From an uncultured Planctomycetia bacterium (GTDB taxonomy: Bacteria > Omnitrophota > Gorgyraeia > Duberdicusellales > 4484-171): a DNA stretch of 64,000 nt. The DNA is taken from the NCBI GenBank assembly GCA_964489445.1, contig CAZAYU010000001.1:274276-338275 (forward strand), written 5' to 3'. The position numbers were made by a program, and so were the translations under genes. Below are positions 1 through 9,702 of this stretch, piece by piece. The notes under the pieces were generated by a model. It made no database searches. It was not told the origin of the DNA and saw only the letters and a list, made by a program, of their open reading frames with translations. Within the stretch, counting starts at the first letter, position 1, and the number at the start of each line of letters is the position of its first letter.

Positions 1-872
1 GTATTGTTTATGAGTATTACATTTCCGCGGGCAATTCTTAATTCTTTTATCAGTCCATTACTTTCTTCGATTAGGTTTTCAATCTTTTTGGAATCCATCA
101 CTTTTTTTATCTTTTTGTAGTTCATATCCAAACCAACCAATCCATTAACCCAAGATACTCCTTCAATGTTATCTACGCGCCAGCTAATATATTTATCCAC
201 TTTGTTAGGATAAACTTCATTTATTGCTAGTATGGCTTTGGCTTCTTCTTGCGGATAGCCACGACTTCCTTCTGAGGCAATAGGGTAAATAACCAAATTT
301 ATTCTATTTTCTTTGGAGAATTTTACCAAATCCTGATACACATCTTTTGCTTTTTCATTATATAAATCCAAGAATAAATCAATTCTTTGCGGTTTTTTCT
401 CCCGATTTAAAAATAAAAATAATCCAGATAGATTTCCTTTAGCGATAACTGCCCCGTTTTTTTCTTCAAATAGTTCTTTCGTCTTATGAAATTTTTTTTC
501 TTTTTTAATTTCATTGCCGATTAGAAAAAACGGTAAAGTTTCTACCTCATATTCCTTAATAATTTTTTTAGCTTGTTTGCTGCGATAATCCATAACTTTT
601 AGATCAATATCTAGAAAATTATCGTCTAAAAATTTTTCTGTCGCCTTAGTTGAGCAGAAAGAACAATTTTCATCAGTAATCGCTAGCACTTCTATAACAT
701 TTGGCTCGTGATATACGCATGAAGAAAATTCTTCTCCAGCGCCATCACACTGAGCAACCAGCCCTTCCACAACAGGGCAATCATTATCTACAGAGCAAGC
801 CGAATATGCTTTTGGCATCAATCCAAGAAGAATCAATACAAAAAACGCACCCCATAAATTATTACGTCTCAT
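1..872 (-). CDS. Secreted thioredoxin-fold (DsbA-like) protein; 3' end runs off the window
   Basis: Minus-strand ATG at 872..870 follows the SD GGAGGG. N-terminal signal peptide (MRRNNLWGAFFVLILLGLMPKAYSA). CxxC motif (ENCSFCS). The frame stays open to the window edge. Confidence 0.45.
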   Translation of the reverse strand, partial: MRRNNLWGAFFVLILLGLMPKAYSACSVDNDCPVVEGLVAQCDGAGEEFSSCVYHEPNVIEVLAITDENCSFCSTKATEKFLDDNFLDIDLKVMDYRSKQAKKIIKEYEVETLPFFLIGNEIKKEKKFHKTKELFEEKNGAVIAKGNLSGLFLFLNREKKPQRIDLFLDLYNEKAKDVYQDLVKFSKENRINLVIYPIASEGSRGYPQEEAKAILAINEVYPNKVDKYISWRVDNIEGVSWVNGLVGLDMNYKKIKKVMDSKKIENLIEESNGLIKELRIARGNVILINN

Positions 873-950
873 TTTACCCTCCATACTATTTCCATGAATA
901 ACAATTAGTTCTCTTTAAAAAATTATACATAATTATTTTGGCCAATTATT

Positions 951-2531
951 CTATAATTTTACCAGTTTCAGTGAGATAATATTAGGATTATCTTTAATCT
1001 TGTCCGCAATATTCTTATCTACTGGATTATCTAAGTTGAGAATTGTTAACGCTGAGCCAGTAATTGCACTTCTTCCTAAGCTCATGCCGGCAATGTTAAT
1101 ACCACAAGAGCCTAATGTTGTACCCAGAAAACCAATAACTCCTGGTTTATCTTGGTTATTAATAACAATCATGTGATCCGAAGGCGCTATCTCTATATAA
1201 ACATCATCCATTTTTACAAACCGAGGTTCCCGGTTAGCAAATAATGTCCCTTCCAAAATTCGTTCTTGTTTATCGGTAATAATCTTGACTCTTAAAGAAT
1301 TGACATACTCACCTTCTTCTCTAACCTTTATTTGTTCTATTTTTACACCTCTTGTTTTCGCTGACTCTAAAGCATTTATGTAGTTTATATCATCCTCTAA
1401 TTGCTGTGATAAGACACCCCGGATAAATGCTGACCCTATAACATCCACCTTGTAGGTTGATATTTCTCCCAAATAATAAATTTGTATTTCTTTTATCCTC
1501 CCCTCAATTAGCTGAGAAATGAATTTGCCCATCTTCTCGGCTAATTTAAAGTATGGTTCGATAGCTTTGTATGTTTCCGGATCAAGCTGTGCGTAATTTA
1601 TTGCGTTTCTTATTGCCTTGCCCAATAAAGCATCTTTTATACAATGAGCTACTTCAACAGCAACATTTATTTGAGCCTCACCAGTAGAGGCACCCAAATG
1701 CGGCGTAACAATAATATTATCTAACTCTAAAAGCTGTGAGTCTAAAGGCGGCTCCTGACAAAAAACATCTAAAGCCGCTCCGGCAATTTTTTTGTTACTT
1801 AATGCGGTATACAGGGCTTTCTCGTCAATAATACCTCCCCGAGCACAATTAATTATAAACGCGTTTGGCTTCATCAAACCAAATTCCCGGTCAGAGATAA
1901 TTGCTCTGGTTTCTTCAGTCAACGGAGTGTGCACGGTTATAAAATCTGCTGTTTTTATTATTTCTGACAAATCAGCTAATTTCACCCCTGTTCTCTCAGC
2001 TGCTTCTTCGGTAACAAACGGATCGTAAACTAAAACTTCCATGCCAAATGCTACCGCTCGCTTAGCCACTTCCTTTCCAATACGTCCTAAACCAAGAATT
2101 CCTAATATTTTTGAATATAGTTCTGTTCCCTTGAATTTTGATTTTTCCCAAAGTTTACTTTTTAGCGAAATATGAGCAAAAGGAATATTCCTAGCTGCAG
2201 CAAGCATCAAGGCAAAAGCTTGCTCGCATGTTGATATTGTATTCCCACCCGGAGCATTCATCACAATTATCCCTTTTTTAGTGGCTGCTTCAATATCCAC
2301 ATTATCTACACCCACTCCAGCTCTCCCGATAACTTTAAGGTTATCGGCATGTTGAATAATGTCTGCCGTTAGCTGAGTACCACTTCTAATGACAATGCCT
2401 TGATAATTACCAATAATTTTTTTAAGTTCGTCCGGACTTAAATTATACTTGCAATCCACGCTAAAACCTGCCGCCTCAAGAATCTGAATTCCTTCGGGCG
2501 ATAATTTATCTGATACAATGATTTTATCCAT
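951..2531 (-). CDS. serA: D-3-phosphoglycerate dehydrogenase with C-terminal ACT domain
   Basis: 526 aa. Rossmann GLGRIG motif. D-isomer 2-hydroxyacid dehydrogenase catalytic signature and a C-terminal ACT-like tail. Confidence 0.9.
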   Translation of the reverse strand: MDKIIVSDKLSPEGIQILEAAGFSVDCKYNLSPDELKKIIGNYQGIVIRSGTQLTADIIQHADNLKVIGRAGVGVDNVDIEAATKKGIIVMNAPGGNTISTCEQAFALMLAAARNIPFAHISLKSKLWEKSKFKGTELYSKILGILGLGRIGKEVAKRAVAFGMEVLVYDPFVTEEAAERTGVKLADLSEIIKTADFITVHTPLTEETRAIISDREFGLMKPNAFIINCARGGIIDEKALYTALSNKKIAGAALDVFCQEPPLDSQLLELDNIIVTPHLGASTGEAQINVAVEVAHCIKDALLGKAIRNAINYAQLDPETYKAIEPYFKLAEKMGKFISQLIEGRIKEIQIYYLGEISTYKVDVIGSAFIRGVLSQQLEDDINYINALESAKTRGVKIEQIKVREEGEYVNSLRVKIITDKQERILEGTLFANREPRFVKMDDVYIEIAPSDHMIVINNQDKPGVIGFLGTTLGSCGINIAGMSLGRSAITGSALTILNLDNPVDKNIADKIKDNPNIISLKLVKL

Positions 2532-3657
2532 AGAAAACCTCCTCTAGCTTCATTAATGAAGCACCAATGTTGAATTTATGTCCTGCATCTTTCAATACTT
2601 TTTCCAGTAATGAAAAACATCCTATCAAGTCCTGTTCATTTATCCAACCCATATGAGCAATTCTAAATATTTTATCTTTCGCTTCGGCCTGCCCTCCGGC
2701 AATACTTAACCCATAATCACTTCTTAATGATTTAACAAGGCCTGAAGATTTAATCCCCACCGGAGCATTAATCGCTGTTACTGAATTAGAAGGACTTTTA
2801 GAAAAAAGTGATAGATTCAACGATTTAGCCGCTTCTCTGGCAGCATAAGCCATTTTCTTGTATCTTTGACAGCGATTAACAATTCCTTCTTTATTTATTG
2901 AATTTAACGCTTCTCTCAAGGCAACAATTAGCGAAACTGCCGGAGTAAAGGGAGTATCATTTTTTGCATGGCTTTTTAAAGCCTTTTTCAAATTAAAGTA
3001 ATACTTGGGCAAATTAGATGTTTCAGCTGCCTTCTGAGCTTGAGCACTTAAAGATATAAACCCTAACCCGGGAGGAAGCATAAATCCTTTTTGTGAGCCA
3101 CTAACAACTGCGTCAATACCCCAGTTATCAATGTCAATAAAATCCTGTCCTAGTCCGCTGACAGCATCGACCGCTAATAGCATACTCTTACCCTTAACTA
3201 CCTTGGCAATTTCTTTAATATCATAAACAGTAGCTGTAGATGTTTCGCATAACGTCGTAAGAACTCCCTTTGCATCCTGATTTTTACTTAGCAACTCGTC
3301 AAGCTCTTCCGCGTTTGGCGCACTACCCCACGGAACATTCATTTCAATTACTTCCAGCTGAAAACTTTTGGCAATTTCTCCCCATCTTTCTCCAAATTTT
3401 CCTCCACAAATGGTTACAACTTTATCACCTGATGAAAAAAGATTGCTTACCGCAGCCTCCATTGCTCCTGTTCCAGAAGAAGAAATAATTAATACCGGAT
3501 TATTTGTACAAAAAACTTTCTTTAACCCATCATGCACTTCTCCTAAAATTTCCTGAAATTCTGCAGTACGATGATGAATCATTTCTTTTGCCAAGCTTTC
3601 TCGAATAAAAGAAGGTACTGGCGAGGGGCCAGGGGTCATTAAGATTTTTCTTTTCAT
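2524..3657 (-). CDS. Class-V (PLP) aminotransferase, serine-glyoxylate/phosphoserine aminotransferase type
   Basis: 377 aa. Typical class-V fold motifs (SGTGAMEAA ... SGSQKG PLP-lysine region). It overlaps serA by 8 bp, which suggests a serine-pathway role. Confidence 0.7.
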   Translation of the reverse strand: MKRKILMTPGPSPVPSFIRESLAKEMIHHRTAEFQEILGEVHDGLKKVFCTNNPVLIISSSGTGAMEAAVSNLFSSGDKVVTICGGKFGERWGEIAKSFQLEVIEMNVPWGSAPNAEELDELLSKNQDAKGVLTTLCETSTATVYDIKEIAKVVKGKSMLLAVDAVSGLGQDFIDIDNWGIDAVVSGSQKGFMLPPGLGFISLSAQAQKAAETSNLPKYYFNLKKALKSHAKNDTPFTPAVSLIVALREALNSINKEGIVNRCQRYKKMAYAAREAAKSLNLSLFSKSPSNSVTAINAPVGIKSSGLVKSLRSDYGLSIAGGQAEAKDKIFRIAHMGWINEQDLIGCFSLLEKVLKDAGHKFNIGASLMKLEEVFYG

Positions 3658-3711
3658 TTTGTCTCCTGATTATTTATATTGATATTATTGAAAAATGTCT
3701 AATAAAAAGTA

Positions 3712-4305
3712 CTACTTATTAGAAATAATTACTTCATCGACTATTCCGTAAACTTTAGCCTCTTGTGCAGTCATAAAATAGTCTCGGTCAACATCTTTTT
3801 GAATTTTTTCTACAGCACAACCAGTATGCAAGGACAAAACCCTATTTAAATTGTCCCGAATCCGTAAAATTTCTTTCGTATGACGAGATATGTCCTCGGC
3901 TGTCCCCTGCACTCCTCCCCATGGCTGATGGATCATTATTCGTGAATTAGGAAGCGCCTGTCGTTTACCTTTAGCACCAGCACACAACAATAACGCCCCC
4001 ATGGAAGCTGCCTGGCCAACACAATAAGTTGCCACAGCACATTTTACAAACTGCATTGTATCATAAATTGCCATCCCCGCAGTAGTAACCCCCCCGGGTG
4101 TATTGATGTAGATATTAATATCTTTATTCGCGTCTTCCATTTGCAAAAATAACATTTGGGCAATCACAATATTAGCAACATTATCATCTATAGGCGTACC
4201 AATAAAAATTATCCTGTCTTTTAGCAAACGCGAATAAATATCATAAGCCCTTTCTCCTCGTCCTGATTGTTCTACTACCATTGGTATATACACTTGGCTA
4301 TTCAT
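3712..4305 (-). CDS. clpP: ATP-dependent Clp protease proteolytic subunit
   Basis: 197 aa. Canonical ClpP sequence (YINTPGG ... GQAASMGA ... IHQP). Confidence 0.92.
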   Translation of the reverse strand: MNSQVYIPMVVEQSGRGERAYDIYSRLLKDRIIFIGTPIDDNVANIVIAQMLFLQMEDANKDINIYINTPGGVTTAGMAIYDTMQFVKCAVATYCVGQAASMGALLLCAGAKGKRQALPNSRIMIHQPWGGVQGTAEDISRHTKEILRIRDNLNRVLSLHTGCAVEKIQKDVDRDYFMTAQEAKVYGIVDEVIISNK

Positions 4306-4365
4306 TATTTGACCTCCTAATTATTTCGAAATAATCTCCAACAACAAATGTTTCACTATTTTCTT

Positions 4366-5250
4366 TTAGTACTGAGCCTTACTTAAGATTAGCCCAAATA
4401 TAATATCCCCTAAGTTTTCACCGATTTTTATTTTTTCATGTTTAGCAATTGCTTCTAATATATAAAACATCTTCATCTCATCAGAAGCCAACGGCTTTAA
4501 TTTCTCTTCCACTTCTTTGCGATACTTTTCAATATCTTCATCAGATATACCTTTACGACGTAGATTGTATACTTCCCTTTCCACCAGCTCTTTATGGTAG
4601 CGATCAACTTCTCCGCAAGGTAAATCAACCTTGAACGACTTAAGCAAATGACCTCTTATTTGATTTTCTACTGCTTTTCTTCTTTCCCGCATTTTTTCTA
4701 CAGTTAGCTGAACCTTCAAGGCATCTCTTAAATCAGAAACATCACGATAAGAAGACCATTTCGCCAGACTTATATCATCTAAATCCTGCTCTGTTATTTT
4801 TTTTATCTGCTCCTTTAAATTGGTTAATGCTTTTTCAATTTCAATTTCTTCAACCTTAATCTTTTTATCCTTTATTTTTATTCCCTGATAAAAACTATCC
4901 TTTACTTCAATTTCCGGCTTTACCTCCAGCTCTGCTGAAAAAATTAACCTCTGTCCGTCAAGTTCAACATTTGAGATCTGTGGAGAAGTAGCCGGAGCTA
5001 TTCCATTTTCTTCCAACGCTTTTTGATAGAAAACCGGTAGCATTTTCTTTAAAAACTCTTCCTTTAAAAGCTTACCGTGGTGTTTTTCTATAATTTCTAG
5101 CGGAGCGCTGCCCGGACGAAATCCCGGAACTTTTAGCTCTTTCGCGCTCTTACGGTAGGAGCTATCTTTTTCCTTTAAAAAATAATCTCCTTCAACTTCA
5201 ATCTTAATCTTTCTCTTCAGTCTATCCAGCTTCTTAACATCGACCTTCAT
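4366..5250 (-). CDS. tig: Trigger factor, short form lacking the PPIase domain
   Basis: The N-terminal ribosome-binding motif GFRPGSAP is present. The C-terminal arm-like helical region is present. Length is 294 aa against about 430 aa for canonical TF. It sits upstream of clpP, as in the usual tig-clpP arrangement. Confidence 0.6.
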   Translation of the reverse strand: MKVDVKKLDRLKRKIKIEVEGDYFLKEKDSSYRKSAKELKVPGFRPGSAPLEIIEKHHGKLLKEEFLKKMLPVFYQKALEENGIAPATSPQISNVELDGQRLIFSAELEVKPEIEVKDSFYQGIKIKDKKIKVEEIEIEKALTNLKEQIKKITEQDLDDISLAKWSSYRDVSDLRDALKVQLTVEKMRERRKAVENQIRGHLLKSFKVDLPCGEVDRYHKELVEREVYNLRRKGISDEDIEKYRKEVEEKLKPLASDEMKMFYILEAIAKHEKIKIGENLGDIIFGLILSKAQY

Positions 5251-5329
5251 AATTTTTTAATCCTTTCTTTTGAGGTTATTAATTGTTACTAAATAATCAA
5301 ACAATATATCTATGTAAACAGTTAAAGAA

Positions 5330-6052
5330 TTACATCCGGAAATCATCCCCCAGGTAAACTCTCCTGGTTTCCGCGTGATTGATCAAATCATTAGATGTCC
5401 CGGAAATTAAAATCCTTCCTTCAGAAATTAAATAAGCTCTGTCGGTTATAGAGAGTGTCTCGCGCACATTGTGATCGGTAATCAGGATACCCATTCCTTT
5501 ATCCTTGAGCTCCGCTATAATCCCCTTAGCCTCTCCGACTACAATAGGGTCAATACCCGAGAACGGTTCATCCAAAAGTAAAAAAGAAGGATTAGTCACC
5601 AGCGCCCTGGTTATTTCTAGCCTCCGAGTCTCTCCTCCGCTTAGAGTGTACGCCTTGCTTTTTCTTAAGTGAGCAATATGTAACTCATCCAAAAGCTGAT
5701 CCAATTTCCTTAGCCGCTCAATTTTAGTTAACGGTAATATTTCCAAGATTGATAAGATATTCTCCTCAACAGTAAGCTTTCTAAATACAGACGGCTCCTG
5801 AGAAAGATAGCCAATACCAAATCTTGCCCGAACATGAATCGGCATATACGTAATATTTTGATTATCAAATGATATCTGGCCCTGCTCCGGAGGAATAATC
5901 CCCACAACCATATAAAAAGTAGTAGTTTTGCCCGCACCATTAGGTCCAAGCAAGCCAACAATCTCTCCTCGCTTAACAGATAAAGACACCTCTTTAACTA
6001 CCGCCTTTTTCCCATAGGATTTACTAATGTTAGTGACTTCTAAAAGCTTCAT
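5330..6052 (-). CDS. lptB: LPS export ABC transporter ATP-binding protein
   Basis: 240 aa. Walker A GPNGAGKTT and the LSGGE signature. It is adjacent to an OstA-like gene and the kds genes. Confidence 0.85.
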   Translation of the reverse strand: MKLLEVTNISKSYGKKAVVKEVSLSVKRGEIVGLLGPNGAGKTTTFYMVVGIIPPEQGQISFDNQNITYMPIHVRARFGIGYLSQEPSVFRKLTVEENILSILEILPLTKIERLRKLDQLLDELHIAHLRKSKAYTLSGGETRRLEITRALVTNPSFLLLDEPFSGIDPIVVGEAKGIIAELKDKGMGILITDHNVRETLSITDRAYLISEGRILISGTSNDLINHAETRRVYLGDDFRM

Positions 6053-6078
6053 ATTGTTTACTCATAAACAATTTACAT

Positions 6079-6927
6079 CTAACTACCAAAAAATGAACCA
6101 GAGTTATCTCCTTCCTGGGGGTAATATATTACACGCGGTCTACCTTCTAACACCATTCTTTGCCCTTTATCGTAATAAGTAGCCTTTTCCGAAAACGTAA
6201 TATTTTCTCCTCGAACTATTTTTACATTTCCCACAGCAACGACTTTTATAATGCCTTTACTCTCTTTATCAAGAAAAAATGTCGCCTTATCACAGAATAA
6301 TTTACCCTCTTTTTTAACAAATACTACATCCTTATTAAAAGTGGCGATTCCCTTGCTATATTCAATCTCCAGCGGACCGCTACAAGAAGCTGTTCCCACA
6401 TCATCATTTTCTATGTCAGAGAATTTTACTTCTACATCTTTTAAGAAATCAGCATCTTTCAATTGTGTATCCGCTGTCATCCCTGTAGCAGTTATCTGCA
6501 TTGTATCTTTTGTTGTTTTAACCCAATCTTTAGTTTCAATGTAATTTTTCTCTCTCTGCCAATTCAAAGAGTCAGTCACTAAAGTTGCTCCATCTTCATT
6601 CTCAACGTGTACATCCTCTTTAAGTTCTACATCCATATTATTTTTATTAATCCTAGCCTTATTGGAAGTTATTAAAATAGTATCCCCTTCTGGATAATAA
6701 TTAGCTTCCATATCTTCAATGTCTACATAGTCATCGTGAATAATAGCTTCTTCTCCTTTAACTTCCCAGTCACGTGTTCCGTCTTCTTTAACATTAGAAA
6801 GATAAAAGTCCGTTATTCTTTGTTCAGCATAAACTTTCCATCCTCCAATTCCAATTGAAATAGTCAACAAAACAAAAAACATTACCGTAACAATAAAAAA
6901 ACGCATAACTAATCCTTTTAAAACCAT
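6079..6927 (-). CDS. LptC/LptA-family (OstA-like) LPS transport protein with N-terminal membrane anchor
   Basis: 282 aa. One N-terminal TM helix followed by an OstA-like beta-jellyroll region. Sits between lptB and kdsC. Confidence 0.55.
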   Translation of the reverse strand: MVLKGLVMRFFIVTVMFFVLLTISIGIGGWKVYAEQRITDFYLSNVKEDGTRDWEVKGEEAIIHDDYVDIEDMEANYYPEGDTILITSNKARINKNNMDVELKEDVHVENEDGATLVTDSLNWQREKNYIETKDWVKTTKDTMQITATGMTADTQLKDADFLKDVEVKFSDIENDDVGTASCSGPLEIEYSKGIATFNKDVVFVKKEGKLFCDKATFFLDKESKGIIKVVAVGNVKIVRGENITFSEKATYYDKGQRMVLEGRPRVIYYPQEGDNSGSFFGS

Positions 6928-6947
6928 AATTTACCGCCCTGTTCTTG

Positions 6948-7496
6948 CTATCGCTTAATATTCTTTAATATCAAACTAACCTTTTTCTCTAACTTTTGAT
7001 ATTTAATAATTAAGTCAATTACTTCGCGAACCGCGCCTTCTCCGCCATTTTTTCGGGTAACATAGCAGGCAGCTTTTCTAACCGCCAAAACTGCATCTCG
7101 AACAGCTATACCAGAACCAACAACCTTTATTAATCCTAAATCAATTAAATCGTCTCCGATAAAACAAATATTTTTATTATCTACTGCATATTTTTTTTTA
7201 ATCTGACTAAGCGCTTTCTCCTTGGGTAAAAACCCTCCGATTACCTCCTCTACTCCCATATCCTTAGCCCTTTTTTTAAGTACTGGCGAGTTATTAGCCG
7301 AAAGGAAGATAGTTTTAATCCCTAACTTACCTAAAATAAATACTCCCAACCCATCTTTTACATTAAAAATCTTTAGCTCTCTTCCCTGGTCATCATAAAT
7401 AATTTCGCCTTTAGTCAGCACCCCGTCAACATCTAAGATGAGTAATTTAACTTCTTTCAACAAACCACTTATATTTTTTTTCCCACGAACAGCCAT
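6948..7496 (-). CDS. kdsC: KDO 8-phosphate phosphatase (HAD family)
   Basis: 182 aa. HAD motif I (LDVDGVLT). Resembles KdsC throughout and lies next to kdsD. Confidence 0.8.
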   Translation of the reverse strand: MAVRGKKNISGLLKEVKLLILDVDGVLTKGEIIYDDQGRELKIFNVKDGLGVFILGKLGIKTIFLSANNSPVLKKRAKDMGVEEVIGGFLPKEKALSQIKKKYAVDNKNICFIGDDLIDLGLIKVVGSGIAVRDAVLAVRKAACYVTRKNGGEGAVREVIDLIIKYQKLEKKVSLILKNIKR

Positions 7497-7501
7497 AATT
7501 A

Positions 7502-8482
7502 CTATATAACTCCGGCAGCCATTAAATCCTGAATATCCAGCATCCCAACGGGATGTCCTTTTTTATTAACCACTGGAACCTCATCAATCTTCTTTTTTTC
7601 TAAAGTTTTTAGTGCAGAGGAGGCTAATTCATCTTCGCACACAGTAACTGGATTACAAGTCATAACCGCTTTAACTTTCTTTTTTAATAAATCCGGATAT
7701 TTTTCTAAATTTCTTCGTAAGTCCCCATCGGTAAATATCCCTATTAATAGACCCTGCTTATCAATAACAGCTGCTGCTCCCGCGTGTGATGAAGTAATTT
7801 TAACAATTACTTCTTTTATCAAAACATCTTCGGTCACTATTGGATTTGATTTGCCCTTCCGCATAGCATCTTTTACCTTAAATAGCAGCTTTCTTCCTAA
7901 GGAACCACGAGGATGAAACATTGCAAAATCTTTTTCCTTAAACCCCTTTAGTTTTTGTAGTACTACTGAAACCGCATCACAAATAGCAAGCATTGCCGTA
8001 GTTGAAGTAGTAGGAGCTAACCCCAACGCACAAGCTTCCTTGTCTACTTTTACATCAATCACCCCGTCTGCATAACGGGCAAGATTCGATTTTATGTTTC
8101 CGGTTATAGCCACAATTTTTGCCCCCAATCTTTTTATAAACGGCACAAGATTTTTAATTTCATCTGTCTCTCCACTGTAAGACAAAATAACAATCACATC
8201 ATCCTCTCTAACGCTGCCTAAATCTCCGTGCACCGCCTCAGCCGGATGAAGCCAAAAAGAAGAAGAACCAGTTGAAGAAAGTGTAGCGGAAAACTTTTGC
8301 CCAATTATTCCTGCTTTACCCATACCGGCAACCACAATCCTTCCCCGGCAACGAAAAATTATATTAATCGCTCTTAAAAAATTGTCATCTAAACTACTAT
8401 TTAAGGAATCTATTCCCTTTTTCTCAGTATCTAAGACTTCCTTGGCCCACTTTATGATTTCGTTGTTCTTAGCTTTTTTCAT
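7502..8482 (-). CDS. kdsD: Arabinose-5-phosphate isomerase (SIS + CBS domains)
   Basis: 326 aa. SIS domain followed by tandem CBS domains. Lies within the kds operon. Confidence 0.85.
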   Translation of the reverse strand: MKKAKNNEIIKWAKEVLDTEKKGIDSLNSSLDDNFLRAINIIFRCRGRIVVAGMGKAGIIGQKFSATLSSTGSSSFWLHPAEAVHGDLGSVREDDVIVILSYSGETDEIKNLVPFIKRLGAKIVAITGNIKSNLARYADGVIDVKVDKEACALGLAPTTSTTAMLAICDAVSVVLQKLKGFKEKDFAMFHPRGSLGRKLLFKVKDAMRKGKSNPIVTEDVLIKEVIVKITSSHAGAAAVIDKQGLLIGIFTDGDLRRNLEKYPDLLKKKVKAVMTCNPVTVCEDELASSALKTLEKKKIDEVPVVNKKGHPVGMLDIQDLMAAGVI

Positions 8483-8559
8483 CTTCCCTCTTCTCTACTA
8501 ATTTACTTTTAATTATTTTTACTATATAAATTTTCTAACACACTACTAACAGCTTTGGT

Positions 8560-9510
8560 TTATTTACAGCATAGTGCGTAACATCCTATCAACCCGATGG
8601 CGTAGCAACTCCAACTATTTTTAGAATCAGGATAGGAATCATACAGTCCAAAACCAAGATTTCCATGACAACCGCCATTTATAAGTTGAGACCCCGAAGG
8701 ACAGTTGCATTGTGCCTGCCCAGAACCTCCGTTTGTTGAAGTTTTTAGTGAACAATTCCAACTTCCAGGACTTCCGCCTCCCCCCAACGCCTGCCAGCTA
8801 GTTGAGTCACGATAATTAAGCTCATCATCGGTCGTATTATAAACAATTGACCCTTCCGCGGGAGTAGGAATCAAATTCCGTTCTGCTAAAGTCATTCGCG
8901 GCGGGATGAATCCACTAGTCGTAGATGCAACGTCTAGTTGCGCTTCCGGATTCATTGTTCCAATACCCAAATTGCCAGACGTTTTATCAATAAATAGCCT
9001 ATTAGTCACATTTGTCTTGTCCCAACTCGCTATTGTAAGATTTCTATTACTATCCTTGGCAATACCCCAACCATCCATCTCGTTCCAACCATAATACTTA
9101 TCTACTAAATAATACCCGGCAAATTGACCAGGAGGAGTTTCTAAAGCTACTCCGGCATGAGTGTCTTTATACATATATAAAGGATTCCATGAATAGGCTT
9201 CGTTTGTTCCAATAGTTACATTCCCTTCAACCGCTAATCCAGTTCCTGTAGAAAATTGATCATCAGTAGGAACACAAGTTCCGGAATCAGCAAAGCAATA
9301 CCCATCTTCTCCAGGATCATAGTAACCTTCACCAATAGCCATTCTCTTTGCTCTTAATTCACTGTATATTCCAATCGGTGCCGGATAATAGGTGACTAAA
9401 GTTATAGTTTCATTATTATCATCTGCTTCTTCAGCAAACAACGGGATGTATATCAAACACAATAAAAGAAATACGCTTAAACAAATAACTCTTAGAATAC
9501 TTTTTTTCAT
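8560..9510 (-). CDS. Secreted cysteine-rich hypothetical protein
   Basis: 316 aa. Signal peptide. A G/S/N-rich middle region containing an NLGIGTMNPEAQLDV-type motif. C-terminal block with 8 Cys. No enzyme motif recognised. Confidence 0.5.
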   Translation of the reverse strand: MKKSILRVICLSVFLLLCLIYIPLFAEEADDNNETITLVTYYPAPIGIYSELRAKRMAIGEGYYDPGEDGYCFADSGTCVPTDDQFSTGTGLAVEGNVTIGTNEAYSWNPLYMYKDTHAGVALETPPGQFAGYYLVDKYYGWNEMDGWGIAKDSNRNLTIASWDKTNVTNRLFIDKTSGNLGIGTMNPEAQLDVASTTSGFIPPRMTLAERNLIPTPAEGSIVYNTTDDELNYRDSTSWQALGGGGSPGSWNCSLKTSTNGGSGQAQCNCPSGSQLINGGCHGNLGFGLYDSYPDSKNSWSCYAIGLIGCYALCCK

Positions 9511-9702
9511 TCTACCCCGATAATCCTCTTAATCCTGTATTATCCATCTTCCACCTTGAAGGTGGCAATTCGGTTTTTCTTCTCTACTTTTTCGTCCCTC
9601 TTCCGTCATCTATCGTCCATCGTTTTCTTCACTTGCCCCTTAACCCTTATCTCTTAATCACTACTCAACCTCAGCCTTGACCTGAGCCTTTATCTCTATA
9701 GG

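Noticed and set aside
701-901. 66-aa plus-strand ORF
   Set aside because: It lies antisense within the partial minus-strand CxxC protein gene. No RBS and a low-complexity translation.
1792-2028. Plus-strand ORFs antisense to serA and to many other minus-strand genes (for example 3270..3556, 6251..6544, 8906..9094, 18222..18710, 21530..22253, 22286..22618, 24616..24978, 45907..46311, 60666..61112)
   Set aside because: All are embedded antisense in well-supported conserved genes. They are typical AT-rich shadow ORFs, with no RBS and no recognisable domains.
9511-9702. Pyrimidine-rich 190-bp spacer as a standalone ncRNA gene
   Set aside because: It has no terminator-like end and no recognisable structured-RNA motif. 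It is better explained as the purine-rich 5' leader and promoter of the secreted-protein gene, and is kept as part of that finding.
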